A stretch of DNA of 58,012 nucleotides from positions 1-58,012 of the IMG/VR virus record IMGVR_UViG_3300016471_000316; one strand, given 5' to 3'. The notes under the pieces were generated by a model that was not told where the DNA came from, did no database searches, and worked only from the letters and a program-made list of their open reading frames with translations. Source of the stretch: a virus. Its lineage: Duplodnaviria; Caudoviricetes. The position numbers and the translations under genes are program-made. Below, piece after piece: positions 28,456-37,520 of this stretch (positions are counted from its first letter, which is position 1; every line of letters begins with the position of its first letter).

Positions 28456-28989
28456 ATGACAAAACGGATCGTCGGCATCGTCGGAATCGCTGGCAGCGGC
28501 AAGACGCTCGTTGCCCGGCACATGGTCGAGCGTCACGGGTTTGTTCGCTCGCGCTTTGCGGCCCCGCTCAAAGCAATGCTGATGGTCGGCCTGGGGCTGA
28601 CGGAGGCGCAAGTCGACGGCGACCAGAAGACCGCTCCGCTCGCAGTCGCTGGCGGCTGCACGGCTCGCCACCTGATGCAGATGCTCGGGACAGAATGGGG
28701 TCGTCGCATGGTCCACAGCGACCTATGGGTCAACCGCTGGCGCGAACTGACCGCGTTATCGGATGCCGCCGAGATGGTCGTCGATGACGTTCGGTTCCCC
28801 AACGAGGCGGCGGCGATTCGTGCGGAGGGCGGGCAGATATGGCGGATCGTGCGCCCCGGTCTTGCGACGATGGACCACCCTTCGGAGCGCGGCGGTCGGC
28901 AGATCGAGGAGGATGTCCTCATCGCCAACGCGACAACGATCCCTGAAATGCTCCGGTCGGTTGATTCCGCCGTGGCTCGCATCCGCTGA
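28456..28989 (+). CDS. Deoxynucleoside monophosphate kinase
   Basis: G.AGSGKT P-loop, FA.PLK, R.LMQ.LGTEWGR, DVRF.NE and H.SE motifs. Confidence 0.88.
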   Translation: MTKRIVGIVGIAGSGKTLVARHMVERHGFVRSRFAAPLKAMLMVGLGLTEAQVDGDQKTAPLAVAGGCTARHLMQMLGTEWGRRMVHSDLWVNRWRELTALSDAAEMVVDDVRFPNEAAAIRAEGGQIWRIVRPGLATMDHPSERGGRQIEEDVLIANATTIPEMLRSVDSAVARIR

Positions 28990-29093
28990 GTTTCGGCGCG
29001 GTCTGCACCCTGCCGCGTCGAGCCGCGTCACCTGCGGTGGACAATGTGGTGAGCGAGTCGGGGCGGCATCCCCGGCATCTCATGGAGGGAAAC

Positions 29094-29624
29094 ATGGACT
29101 GGAAGAAGCTGATCGGCTCCGTTGCTCCGACCATCGCGACGGCGCTCGGTGGTCCGCTGGCGGGCATGGCGACTCGCGCCATTGCGACCGCAGTCTTGGG
29201 CAATCCGGACGCCGACGAGCAGGAGATCGAGGCGGCGCTTGTCAAGGCGACGCCAGAGACGCTGCTTGCGCTCAAGAAGGCCGATCAGGACTTCGCGCTG
29301 CGGATGAAAGAACTCGACGTCGACCTGGAGCGGATCGCAGCAGGGGATCGGAGTAGCGCCAGGAAGATGCAGATCGAGACGGGGTCGTGGACGCCGTCGA
29401 TCCTGGCAGCGGTCGTCGTTTCCGGCTTCATTGCCTCCTGCGTGGCGGTCCTTGGCGGCTGGGTCCACGGCTTGAAGGATCCGCTGACCGCTGCCCTGAT
29501 CGGGTCCGTCATCGGAAACGTCACCAGCGCGACAATGCTGGTGCTGAACTTCTACTACGGCACCACCTCAAGCTCCCGCACGAAGGACGAGACCATCCGT
29601 GCGCTTGGCTCCAAGTCGGGCTAG
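29094..29624 (+). CDS. Second holin-like membrane protein
   Basis: APTIATALGGPLAG, DR.SAR..Q, two TM segments, FYYG...SS..K motif. Confidence 0.75.
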   Translation: MDWKKLIGSVAPTIATALGGPLAGMATRAIATAVLGNPDADEQEIEAALVKATPETLLALKKADQDFALRMKELDVDLERIAAGDRSSARKMQIETGSWTPSILAAVVVSGFIASCVAVLGGWVHGLKDPLTAALIGSVIGNVTSATMLVLNFYYGTTSSSRTKDETIRALGSKSG

Positions 29625-29672
29625 GGCCGACGCCGGGGCCGAAAATCAGCCCGTGGGAGCGCGAAGCGGGCT

Positions 29673-29864
29673 TTAGCGGGTGTCGCTAGGCTTCGCGGGC
29701 TTCTCCCTCTCCTGCGCCTTTGGAACCGGCCCGCGCGAGGCGCGGAGGCCGCTCATGAAGCCGCACCAGCGGTTGACCTGCTCCTGCGTCCCTTCCCGAG
29801 ACCCGCATCCGGCAGTCAGGATGTCGGGGACGAAACGCCCGCACCAGGGGCACTGCTCTGTCAT
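29673..29864 (-). CDS. Small Cys-rich hypothetical protein
   Basis: CPWCG motif; coupled to the upstream gene. Confidence 0.5.
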   Translation of the reverse strand: MTEQCPWCGRFVPDILTAGCGSREGTQEQVNRWCGFMSGLRASRGPVPKAQEREKPAKPSDTR

Positions 29865-30085
29865 CTGGTTTCCTCCCGCAGCATCGCAACGGCATCCCGC
29901 CGGTTGCCGACTCCCAGAGCGCGGTAGATGCACTTCGCGTGCTTCGCGACGGTCCAGTACGAGATGCCAAGCTCCCTGGCGATCTGTTTGTTCTGCATGC
30001 CTTCCGCGATCATCTCCAAGATGGACCGCTGTTTGACGGTCAGGCATCCAGAACCGGCGCGAGGCTTCAGGGCAGTGCCGATCAT
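29861..30085 (-). CDS. Stand-alone LuxR/GerE-type HTH regulator
   Basis: LT..Q..IL..IAEG..NKQIA.ELGIS..TV..H...IY..LGV.NR..A. Confidence 0.88.
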   Translation of the reverse strand: MIGTALKPRAGSGCLTVKQRSILEMIAEGMQNKQIARELGISYWTVAKHAKCIYRALGVGNRRDAVAMLREETR

Positions 30086-30309
30086 GACCCATCCTCCTGG
30101 TGAAAGTCGCATTTCATGACCGGAAACTTGGTGGCGCGATAGATGTCGCCGCCTCGGACTTTGCTCGGTTGAGAAATGTTCCACCACTTGACTGCTGGCA
30201 GCTTCGGTAGTTCCGGGTCGGGGGACTCGCAGAAGCCACGCCCCGTCAGCCTTTTCGACCGCCGCTCCCACTTCGCGTGGCGGCAAGTTAAGCACAGATG
30301 CGCGGTCAC
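30082..30309 (-). CDS. Cys-rich hypothetical protein
   Basis: C..C.H...G.C...C pattern; GTG start within the junction repeat. Confidence 0.65.
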   Translation of the reverse strand: MTAHLCLTCRHAKWERRSKRLTGRGFCESPDPELPKLPAVKWWNISQPSKVRGGDIYRATKFPVMKCDFHQEDGS

Positions 30310-30327
30310 GGCTTGCCCTCCAGCATT

Positions 30328-30537
30328 TTAATGAGATGTTCCATGCTTGGCTCCGTCATGCCATGCATCATTTTCAATGCGCTCGATGTCATCGCACAGC
30401 CGCGCGTACTCGGCCCTTGCTTCGTTGCGCTCGCGGGTCAGCCGCTCGATCCTATCTGCTGCGTCCGCTGCGACGGTCAAATCGCTGTGCTGCGCCGCCG
30501 CCAATGCGCGCAGCGAGGTGATGAGATCGTCGGTCAT
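30328..30537 (-). CDS. Hypothetical coiled-coil protein (paralog of 47402..47818)
   Basis: DLITSLRALAAAQHSDL...IERLTRERNEARAE. Confidence 0.65.
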   Translation of the reverse strand: MTDDLITSLRALAAAQHSDLTVAADAADRIERLTRERNEARAEYARLCDDIERIENDAWHDGAKHGTSH

Positions 30538-30851
30538 GGCTTGGCCTCCAGCGCTTCGTGACAAATGCAGACGATCTTGTCGCGGCTGATGCAGCCGTCA
30601 GCCGCCAACGCCACTTGGCGTATCGTGCCACGCAGCCGCTCTACCTCCGCCCGCGCCTCGTCGCGCTCGCGGGTCAACTGCTCAGCATATCGCCGCACAA
30701 CGAAAATTTCCTCGCGCTGCCGATCAACCTCGGCCAGCAGCGCGGCGCGATCTTCGTGCAGTTGCGTCCCGCTTTCTGCCCATCCACCACGCCACTGCGA
30801 GTCGATCAGATGGCGCGCGCGGATGTCCTCGATCGTGTCGCTCATCGTCAC
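30534..30851 (-). CDS. Hypothetical coiled-coil protein
   Basis: LTRERDEARAEVERLR module; ends in EAKP. Confidence 0.65.
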   Translation of the reverse strand: MTMSDTIEDIRARHLIDSQWRGGWAESGTQLHEDRAALLAEVDRQREEIFVVRRYAEQLTRERDEARAEVERLRGTIRQVALAADGCISRDKIVCICHEALEAKP

Positions 30852-31330
30852 TCCTCCTCCTCCGGATACGGGTCACGCCCCGCCTCGATCTCGCGAATCA
30901 TGCGCCGGAACTCGGCGGCTTGGGCTTCTCGTGCCGCCCTCTCCGCCGACGCCGCCTCCCACGCCGCCGACGCCGCCTCCCACGCCCCCGCCGCCGCCGC
31001 CGCCGCCTCCTTGGTCTCTTTAAACTCGGCAGCGCTTGCGCGGCCCCGCGCATATCGCCCTGCGACATCCAGGGCTGCGAGACTGCGTGGGTCGGTCATT
31101 AGGTGCTGCACCTGTCGCGCGCACCAAACAGCGTAGAGCCGGAGTTCCCGGTCATGGTCCTGGACTGCGCGCAGGCACCAGAGCGCGTCATCAAGCCCGT
31201 TGCTTTCGAGCACCGCAGTGATCGGCAACGGCTCGTCGTCGGCTGCGGTTTTGCCCAAATGACGCAGCAGCTTCTCCCATCCCTCTCGGCATGGACTGTG
31301 CGCGCGGATCTTGTTCAGGGTGGCGATCAT
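30848..31330 (-). CDS. Conserved phage hypothetical protein with AAW.AA repeats
   Basis: TLN.IRAH.PC..GW.KLL..LGK, NGLDDALW.L and RLYAVWCARQV motifs. Confidence 0.8.
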   Translation of the reverse strand: MIATLNKIRAHSPCREGWEKLLRHLGKTAADDEPLPITAVLESNGLDDALWCLRAVQDHDRELRLYAVWCARQVQHLMTDPRSLAALDVAGRYARGRASAAEFKETKEAAAAAAGAWEAASAAWEAASAERAAREAQAAEFRRMIREIEAGRDPYPEEEE

Positions 31331-31497
31331 CGTCCGTCCTCCCTCTCGACCAGTTCAAGCCCCGCGTGGCGGATCTTTTCGATTTTGCCGATCCACGATT
31401 CGATTTCGACTTGGCGAAACCTGTCGGGCCAAGACCTCCAAGTGTCCTCCCCGTGCAGCGCCTGCGCGACGCGCTCAGCCAGCTTCTCGTCGCTCAC
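31327..31497 (-). CDS. Hypothetical protein (56 aa)
   Basis: GTGA overlap with the upstream gene; GGAGG SD. Confidence 0.55.
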   Translation of the reverse strand: MSDEKLAERVAQALHGEDTWRSWPDRFRQVEIESWIGKIEKIRHAGLELVEREDGR

Positions 31498-31604
31498 AGC
31501 AGCCTCCAGATCCCGTAGCCGACCACGATCAGCAGCGCCGCGATTGCCGCTATGAGCCACAGCACGATCAGCGTAAGCCTCTCGATTGGTCCACGCGGAA
31601 TCAT
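31494..31604 (-). CDS. 36-aa single-TM membrane peptide
   Basis: MIPRGPIERLTLIVLWLIAAIAALLIVVGYGIWRLL; coupled on both sides; below the ORF-track cutoff. Confidence 0.6.
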   Translation of the reverse strand: MIPRGPIERLTLIVLWLIAAIAALLIVVGYGIWRLL

Positions 31605-31765
31605 GGCAGATGCCTCTTCAAGAACGAGAGCAGCGAATACGTCATGAGTGCGAGCCCGGTCACGATGATCGGTCCGCTGATCAGCGGTATCGACGTCACT
31701 CGCGATTCGACCAGCAGGAAAGCAAGGCCAACCAGAACGAGTATGAATCCAGCGACGAACTTCAT
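31601..31765 (-). CDS. 54-aa two-TM membrane peptide
   Basis: MKFVAGFILVLVGLAFLLVESRVTSIPLISGPIIVTGLALMTYSLLSFLKRHLP; ATGA coupling; GGAGG SD. Confidence 0.6.
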   Translation of the reverse strand: MKFVAGFILVLVGLAFLLVESRVTSIPLISGPIIVTGLALMTYSLLSFLKRHLP

Positions 31766-31947
31766 TGTACTGCCTCCAGGTTATCTGCCTTGCGCTCGTA
31801 TTCCGCCGCGATCATCAGGTTGCGGCGACGCTCGTCCGAATCGCGCGGCGAGCGATGCGCTTCCTCGACTCGGACTGCGGCTCTTGCTCGCAGTCCTGCC
31901 GGGGTTTCGAGTAGCCTCGTCATCCTGTCCATGTGTCCCTCCTTCAT
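31762..31947 (-). CDS. Hypothetical protein
   Basis: AAGGAGG SD precedes the internal ATG at 31932, the likelier start; stop is coupled to the next gene. Confidence 0.6.
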   Translation of the reverse strand: MKEGHMDRMTRLLETPAGLRARAAVRVEEAHRSPRDSDERRRNLMIAAEYERKADNLEAVQ

Positions 31948-31991
31948 TCCTGTTTCTGAATACAGCGCAAGAAAACCAAGGTTTAACTCGA

Positions 31992-32681
31992 CTATGATTC
32001 ATCTTGCACAAGCAGGTCTGCTTGTTCTTCTCGCACAGTCCATCGAGGCGGACACTGAGACGAGTCCCACCGCAACGCCATTCTGACGGGATCGCGTTTC
32101 CCGTTGTGATGCCTCGCGATATCGGCAGAATCAACGGACGCAAATGGGTAAATGTCCCCGGACATCTGCATCCCTCTCAGCATGTGCAGCGCGACGGGCG
32201 GGGGTCCGTCGCCGCAAAGCCGGTTCATCGCGGCATTCATCCTGCGTCTCCATCGGTCCGTCCCCACGCTCCGATACTGAGCCGAACTGCCGATACAGAC
32301 GCGCGGCCATTTGCCAGCAAGCGCGAGCAGCCGATCAATCGGTTCGTGCATGTGCCAGACCGGAGCGCCCCTTGCGCCGTGCGGCCATTGCGAAAGCAGG
32401 GCATCGTTTGCCTCGGCGTCGCCATTGATGACGTCTGGAATGACCGCCCAGGTCGTGTGATAGTCGAGCCACGGCTCGGCCCATCGATAGTAACCGTCCC
32501 AGTCGACGGGCTTGCCGGATGTCCACGCAGAGAACGCTCCGTTGTCGAGCATCGCTCCTTGACCGATTTTGTGGACTACCTCGACATCGCGCGGATCCGC
32601 GTGACTTACGCAGAAGAACCGACCGGCGAGCAAGTATAGGGTTTCTCGCGGCGTAATCGGGGTGCCGTGATAGTGGATCAA
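31992..32681 (-). CDS. TGT-fold DpdA-like guanine transglycosylase (putative 7-deazaguanine insertion into DNA)
   Basis: LDNGAFS, IPDVI.GD, PVWH, CIGSS, LHMLRG and SVDS motifs; TTG start with GGAGG SD overlapping the VUT gene stop. Confidence 0.75.
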   Translation of the reverse strand: MIHYHGTPITPRETLYLLAGRFFCVSHADPRDVEVVHKIGQGAMLDNGAFSAWTSGKPVDWDGYYRWAEPWLDYHTTWAVIPDVINGDAEANDALLSQWPHGARGAPVWHMHEPIDRLLALAGKWPRVCIGSSAQYRSVGTDRWRRRMNAAMNRLCGDGPPPVALHMLRGMQMSGDIYPFASVDSADIARHHNGKRDPVRMALRWDSSQCPPRWTVREEQADLLVQDES

Positions 32682-33166
32682 TTCCGCCTCCACAACCAGA
32701 CAGCGACGACGCACGCGCCAGCCATCTTTGCCGCCAGCATGACGGTGAACGTCACAGGGTTGAGCGCCGCCAGACCGAAAGCGATGCCAGCAAACAGCAA
32801 CGAGTCGACCGGCACACTCGCTGCGCTCGACAGAAAGATGCGGTGTGCGAGAGGTCGTCCGCTCCAGCGATAAATCGCGTAATCAACGCACTCGCTCGCA
32901 AGAAACGCTATTGCGCTGGCCGTCGCGATGCGAGGCGAGCTTGTGGCGTAGGACAGCGCCATGCCGACGACGACAGGCGCGAAAATCAAGCGGTCGCCAA
33001 GTTCTTTGTGCGCGAAATCGCGCAGCACAAGCCAGAGGCCAACGATGATCGAAAGCGGGTGCCAGATGTATTCGGTGCCAGGAATCGGCAGAACTCCGAC
33101 ATACGAAAACAGAAAGTTGGTGGTCGGGATGGCCGCAACATAAGCGATGGTCGCCTTGTATTTCAT
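32678..33166 (-). CDS. VUT/YhhQ-family queuosine-precursor transporter
   Basis: Multi-TM; LRD, RIA.AS..AFL.SE..D..IY and R...SS..S..VDS.LF...AFG motifs. Confidence 0.85.
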   Translation of the reverse strand: MKYKATIAYVAAIPTTNFLFSYVGVLPIPGTEYIWHPLSIIVGLWLVLRDFAHKELGDRLIFAPVVVGMALSYATSSPRIATASAIAFLASECVDYAIYRWSGRPLAHRIFLSSAASVPVDSLLFAGIAFGLAALNPVTFTVMLAAKMAGACVVAVWLWRRN

Positions 33167-33182
33167 AACTCTTCTCCCTCCT

Positions 33183-33518
33183 TCAGAGTCGATATGCGTT
33201 TGGCGAAAGCGTCGCGCGCCAGATCATTTCGGCGCGAGTCAGATCCCCCATTCCGGATCCTTCGCATACCGCAGCGGATATGCGAGGGGACCGATAGTGC
33301 TTCTTGAGCGATACGGTCGTGCGGCGATATGGGCCTGCAGGCGTCTGCCTGACATCCTGTGCGATCCAACCATTCCTGGTTGCCGTCCCGACGGCAGTCA
33401 TGACCTGCTGGCGGCGAAATTGTGAGAACGCTGCTGCGATCTGATCTTTCGTGGCTTGGTTTCCTGGCTGCGCGTCAATCCATTCCGCAATGGATCGCGA
33501 GAGAGAGAATTCCGCCAT
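33183..33518 (-). CDS. Hypothetical protein (possible winged HTH)
   Basis: TGATG coupling to the upstream gene; helical pattern. Confidence 0.45.
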   Translation of the reverse strand: MAEFSLSRSIAEWIDAQPGNQATKDQIAAAFSQFRRQQVMTAVGTATRNGWIAQDVRQTPAGPYRRTTVSLKKHYRSPRISAAVCEGSGMGDLTRAEMIWRATLSPNAYRL

Positions 33519-33751
33519 CAGGCGAGTCCTTTCTGCTCTGCGATCCACCGCGTCATCCGGACATCGAGCAATGGCCGCTCTCCGCGAACGGAGGAGATTT
33601 CGGTCATCTCCAGGATGCAACTCAACGGGATCCAGGTTTCGTCTCCGGTATTGAGATCCTGGAGGCACACGGCTGCTGCCGTGCGCCTAGCCAAGAGCGC
33701 GCGCCATTTGAACGTCTCGTTCGGACGATTATCGGTATGGCGCATGTGCAT
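33518..33751 (-). CDS. Hypothetical protein
   Basis: T..AV.......ETWIPLS.I....W.A..KGL pattern common in phages; GGAGG SD. Confidence 0.6.
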   Translation of the reverse strand: MHMRHTDNRPNETFKWRALLARRTAAAVCLQDLNTGDETWIPLSCILEMTEISSVRGERPLLDVRMTRWIAEQKGLA

Positions 33752-34785
33752 CACCTCCACGCTCGCAGAAGGACTGACTTCGCGGCGGGAAGAGATCCGG
33801 CTGCGAGTGCCTTCAGGACCATATCGGAGAGGTCGTGCCGATCCGTCACGCGCGTGAGTTCCGCGACCGCCTTGAACCATTCGGAGTCGACAGCGCGAGA
33901 CAATGCCGGTTCGCGCACCTCAGCCTGTTCAGGAGATGTGGCCTCGATGATCTCCGTGGGCTGTTCAGGCGGCGTGGCTTTGCTGGTCTCCTGGGGCTGT
34001 TCGGCAGCAGCGGGTTGCGCGGCCTCCACTTGCGCCTGAGCATTTCGCCGCGCGAGTTCCTGCTCCATCCGTGCCGTCCTGGCGCGCAGTTCGGCAAGCT
34101 CTCGCTCGATCTTCTCCTTGGCTGCGCGCTCCTGCTCGACGGCATCGAGTGCCGCGATATGCTCTTTCCGCATCGCGATAGCGGTCCGTGCGTTGGCGAC
34201 CGCCGCATGGGCTGTCGCTGCTTCATCCGGGTTGCACGGGGAGCCGGGCTCGTCGATTGCCTTTTCGACAACGTCCAGGACCGACTCCAGCTTCGCCATG
34301 TTCCAGCCAGGGCATGTCGCGGCGGAAGTCGCGACGCGCTCGATCCCCTCGATCATGTTGCGGACCTTCGCGACCCGAAGCTTCTCTGCTTCGATTCGGG
34401 CCTTCTCAGCCTCTTCCCATTCGGTCAGTGGCGCGCGGATCGCCACTTTCAATTCGTCCATCTGCTCCCGGACGAACCGCCGCTGCTCATCGATTGCCGC
34501 CGCCCGCGCCTTCCAGCCGCTGACCAGCGTCTTGCCCATTTCGTCGATCAGCGTCTTCGTGCGCGCGACCCGGTGGGCGAGGGAGGCAACTTCCGCTCGC
34601 CCGCGCGCGGTCGATACGTCCCTCGGATAGCTGATCGCTCGCTGCTTGATCTGAGCGACCAGTGTGCGAATCGATTCCGGCTCGAACAAGGCTTCGGCTG
34701 CCTTGATGTCGGACAGGTCTCTGCGAGCGATCATCGACAGAAGATCGCTGTCGTTGCCGGTTTCGACCATCGTGTATGGACTCAT
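33751..34785 (-). CDS. Conserved phage coiled-coil protein
   Basis: DVST..GR..VASLA..VAR.KT..D..GK.L and R.PLTEWE motifs. Confidence 0.8.
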   Translation of the reverse strand: MSPYTMVETGNDSDLLSMIARRDLSDIKAAEALFEPESIRTLVAQIKQRAISYPRDVSTARGRAEVASLAHRVARTKTLIDEMGKTLVSGWKARAAAIDEQRRFVREQMDELKVAIRAPLTEWEEAEKARIEAEKLRVAKVRNMIEGIERVATSAATCPGWNMAKLESVLDVVEKAIDEPGSPCNPDEAATAHAAVANARTAIAMRKEHIAALDAVEQERAAKEKIERELAELRARTARMEQELARRNAQAQVEAAQPAAAEQPQETSKATPPEQPTEIIEATSPEQAEVREPALSRAVDSEWFKAVAELTRVTDRHDLSDMVLKALAAGSLPAAKSVLLRAWR

Positions 34786-35120
34786 TAGATTCTCTCCTTT
34801 TGGTAACTGGCAATGCGCCAGATGATGTGTGCGCGCCCTCTGGTGGATCGGCGCACGGCTCCGGTTTTGACGATTGCGCCTGCTGCGACAAGTTCTGCGC
34901 GCCGAGTTCTGTACGTCGAGCCTGTGCAGTTCATGGCGTCACTCAGTTCGGCATCCGTGAACCCGCGCTCTCCGCACTGTCGCGCGTAATTGAGGACGCG
35001 CAGTTTGATTGCCGTCACGCTGGTGGTCAGGGATGCGGCGGCTTCACGCGACGTTGCTGGATCGGCAGACCGCGTGCGGCGGTCTGCCCATTCCATCAGA
35101 TCGAGCGATTTCCCTCTCAT
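34785..35120 (-). CDS. Winged-HTH DNA-binding protein
   Basis: R..DP.TS..AA, GFTD.EL and RTRR.ELV..G motifs. Confidence 0.75.
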   Translation of the reverse strand: MRGKSLDLMEWADRRTRSADPATSREAAASLTTSVTAIKLRVLNYARQCGERGFTDAELSDAMNCTGSTYRTRRAELVAAGAIVKTGAVRRSTRGRAHIIWRIASYQKERI

Positions 35121-35131
35121 CGTCGGCTTCC

Positions 35132-35434
35132 TCAGAACGGGATGTCGTCGTCCATCGCGCTCGGCTGCGGGCGAGCCTTCTGCTCGGCTGCGGCGGGCTT
35201 GGGCTTGGGTTCCGCCGTCTTGTCCTTGATCGGGAAAGCGGAGACTAGAACCATCTCCTTCCCGTCCGGGTTCGGGACGCCCGCCGGATTGAAGGTCCGT
35301 TTGATGGCGTAGAACTGCCGCCCTTCTTCGTCGCTGAAGACCCTTCCGATGTTTTCGTACCTCCGCTTTGTTTCGCCGTTCGACTCGTAGGTGCCGGTGG
35401 CGACGGCGAGATCATGCGTTGCTTTGTAGCCCAT
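35132..35434 (-). CDS. Single-stranded DNA-binding-like protein
   Basis: G.Y..NGE.K.RY..IG.V; acidic C-terminus DDDIPF. Confidence 0.75.
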   Translation of the reverse strand: MGYKATHDLAVATGTYESNGETKRRYENIGRVFSDEEGRQFYAIKRTFNPAGVPNPDGKEMVLVSAFPIKDKTAEPKPKPAAAEQKARPQPSAMDDDIPF

Positions 35435-35693
35435 CGTTATTCTCCTTTTGGTTATCGAGTGTGAGAAGTGATTGCGGGTCGACTTTCATGAATGATGCTG
35501 CTCGGAAGAGAAGATCGGTCCGCATCAGCATCGATCCTCCTTCGTGTTGCCGAATGGTCCAGATGCAGGTTCCGAGAGCGCGAGACAGCGAGACAAGAGA
35601 CACCTTTTCTCGCCGTCGCACGGATCGGAATTGCGCTCCAAGAGCCGCATGGATGTCGTCACGGGCGCGCAGCTTATAGCGCCCGCTCTTCAC
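35412..35693 (-). CDS. XRE-family HTH regulator
   Basis: LG..FR..R.....SL..LS..LG....TI...E.G pattern. Confidence 0.7.
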   Translation of the reverse strand: MKSGRYKLRARDDIHAALGAQFRSVRRREKVSLVSLSRALGTCIWTIRQHEGGSMLMRTDLLFRAASFMKVDPQSLLTLDNQKENNDGLQSNA

Positions 35694-36480
35694 TCGGGTG
35701 TCGGTCTTCGGTGTAGGCGAATTCGTCGGGTGGTCCATCGATGGAATCCTCATGCTGCAATACGTCCCCCGACGTAAGCTGCTGCGGCTTATTTGGCTTC
35801 GCCGCGAAAGCATCGAGTGCGGATGCTGCGGTCTTCTTCTCCGTAGTCCTGGTGATTGCCGCCTGTTGCGTGGGAGGCGTCACGTCGAGAATGTCTCCCG
35901 CTTCCTCGGCAATAGTGAGGCCGCGTAACACATCCGCGAATGCTGCGCGTAACGTCCAGGATCGTGCGCGCATCTGAAGCATGCGCGACCTGTAGTGCTG
36001 CCATGGGCCGCTCTTTTCGAGCAGTTTGGCTGCAGCGGCATCCTGGAGAGTGAAGCTGTGGGATATCGGCGCGTCGAGGCCACGGCGCTTGACCGTGCAG
36101 CGATACCCGATGACTCTCTGGCCCTTCGACGGATCCTGCTGCGGGTCGAAGATCGGTTCCTCTTGCAGAGACTCCATCAGCCCTGATGCTTGGATGATGG
36201 CGAGCGCGCCGTCTCCCCAAATCGCTGGGACGTTGTTGATGACCGCGATGGACTGGAGCGCAGCGATTGGCGTAAGCCCCACCTCCAGCCCGTGCATGAT
36301 GCCCAGCAGGATTTTGTTCTCGTCATACGCGCTGTCGCTGTTCTTCGGATCGCTGAGATACGACTTTGGTGCCCAGCGCGCTGCCGCGATTGCTCGCGCG
36401 AGTCGAAAGGCTTGCTCGATGTCAGCAGGGACGATTGGCAGTGGGCGATTGCCCGCTGCGAGGGTCGGCTTCTGGGTCAT
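35674..36480 (-). CDS. recT: RecT/Bet-family single-strand annealing protein
   Basis: GLEVGL.P..ALQSIAVIN..P.IWGD, A..A.L..K.GPW..Y..RML.MRAR...LR..F.DVL.GL...EE. Confidence 0.85.
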   Translation of the reverse strand: MTQKPTLAAGNRPLPIVPADIEQAFRLARAIAAARWAPKSYLSDPKNSDSAYDENKILLGIMHGLEVGLTPIAALQSIAVINNVPAIWGDGALAIIQASGLMESLQEEPIFDPQQDPSKGQRVIGYRCTVKRRGLDAPISHSFTLQDAAAAKLLEKSGPWQHYRSRMLQMRARSWTLRAAFADVLRGLTIAEEAGDILDVTPPTQQAAITRTTEKKTAASALDAFAAKPNKPQQLTSGDVLQHEDSIDGPPDEFAYTEDRHPSEERAL

Positions 36481-37484
36481 CACTTGTCTCCGGTGATCGT
36501 GAGAGCGCCGCGATAGGTTTTCGCCTCCTGGAGCCGCGCCGGGATCATTGCCTCGGCCCGATTGATGACCGGCCAGGACAAACGGCGCGACCCGCATGTG
36601 GCGCGCGTCGCGGTTCCCATCATGGCGGCGATCTTCCCCTTGAGATGCTCGACCAGCGTCTCCTGAGTATCCAGGTCGTTGCGAGCGACCAGATAAGCGT
36701 CGATGGTCTCCGCGAGACCGTCAGATCCGCTCAGGTCGACCGTGCGCTGCTTGTCTCCATAGGCGTAGGCAGCGGCGACCGCTGGATAATCTGCGACCGC
36801 GAGCGGAGGAGTTTCGGATCGGACGCCAGCCCAGAAAGCGGTGACGGCTTCCGCGATGCGCTGCTGCGTCGGCTCATGCCGGTCGATCCGGCCCCTCCGC
36901 AGTTCGTTGCCGCCGACACAGACGAGCAGCCACCCGTGATCGGCTCCGCTGACGCCGATCTGATGCTGAATCTGCAAGATATAATTCAGCGGAGGCGCGA
37001 CGATCTCCTGACCTTCGCAGACCCAGTTGGAATTGAAGTGCCCTCGGTCGCTGTTCTTGACGTCGACCGGCACCCCGGAGACGCCATCGCCGTGGATCTC
37101 GAAATCCAGGCTCGCGCCCCAGCCCGGCACCGTGTCGTGCGTCAGGTAACGGCGCACCTTGCGGAGCGGCCAGCCATACTTATGGATCGACCACTCTGCG
37201 ATGGCGGGTTCGACGTAACGCCCGGCGTCCATGCGCTCGGACGAGAAATCGGCGGGCTTGACGATCCCCGCCTTCTCGTTGAACAGCGCCATGGAACTTC
37301 GCCACGGATTGACGCAGCCGAGAGGCGTCGCGTCTTTTGGCGGGTTTTCATAGGCGTGGAGGACGTATTCGTCCCCGCTTGGATCGCGATAGCGGTAGAA
37401 CAGCGAGGCAATCTCGCTGCCTCCAACGTGGCGCTCTCGCGTCGCGTGCCACGCGGCTTGATCGGGAATGTGGATCGATGGCAT
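36480..37484 (-). CDS. YqaJ-like viral exonuclease
   Basis: W...R...VGGSEIA, G...EP.I, ASLD, D.K and Y..Q.QHQ motifs; adjacent to recT. Confidence 0.85.
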   Translation of the reverse strand: MPSIHIPDQAAWHATRERHVGGSEIASLFYRYRDPSGDEYVLHAYENPPKDATPLGCVNPWRSSMALFNEKAGIVKPADFSSERMDAGRYVEPAIAEWSIHKYGWPLRKVRRYLTHDTVPGWGASLDFEIHGDGVSGVPVDVKNSDRGHFNSNWVCEGQEIVAPPLNYILQIQHQIGVSGADHGWLLVCVGGNELRRGRIDRHEPTQQRIAEAVTAFWAGVRSETPPLAVADYPAVAAAYAYGDKQRTVDLSGSDGLAETIDAYLVARNDLDTQETLVEHLKGKIAAMMGTATRATCGSRRLSWPVINRAEAMIPARLQEAKTYRGALTITGDK

Positions 37485-37520
37485 GGTTTCTCCTCGAAAG
37501 CCGCACGACGCGGCACGAGG

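Noticed and set aside
30940-31010. 21-bp GC-rich tandem repeat
   Set aside because: It encodes the AAWEAAS low-complexity repeats typical of this protein family.
31950-31990. AT-rich tract as a CtrA box or a fifth CGCTTGCA promoter
   Set aside because: It has only one TTAA half-site and no CGCTTGCA match; it may be a promoter but I cannot support that.
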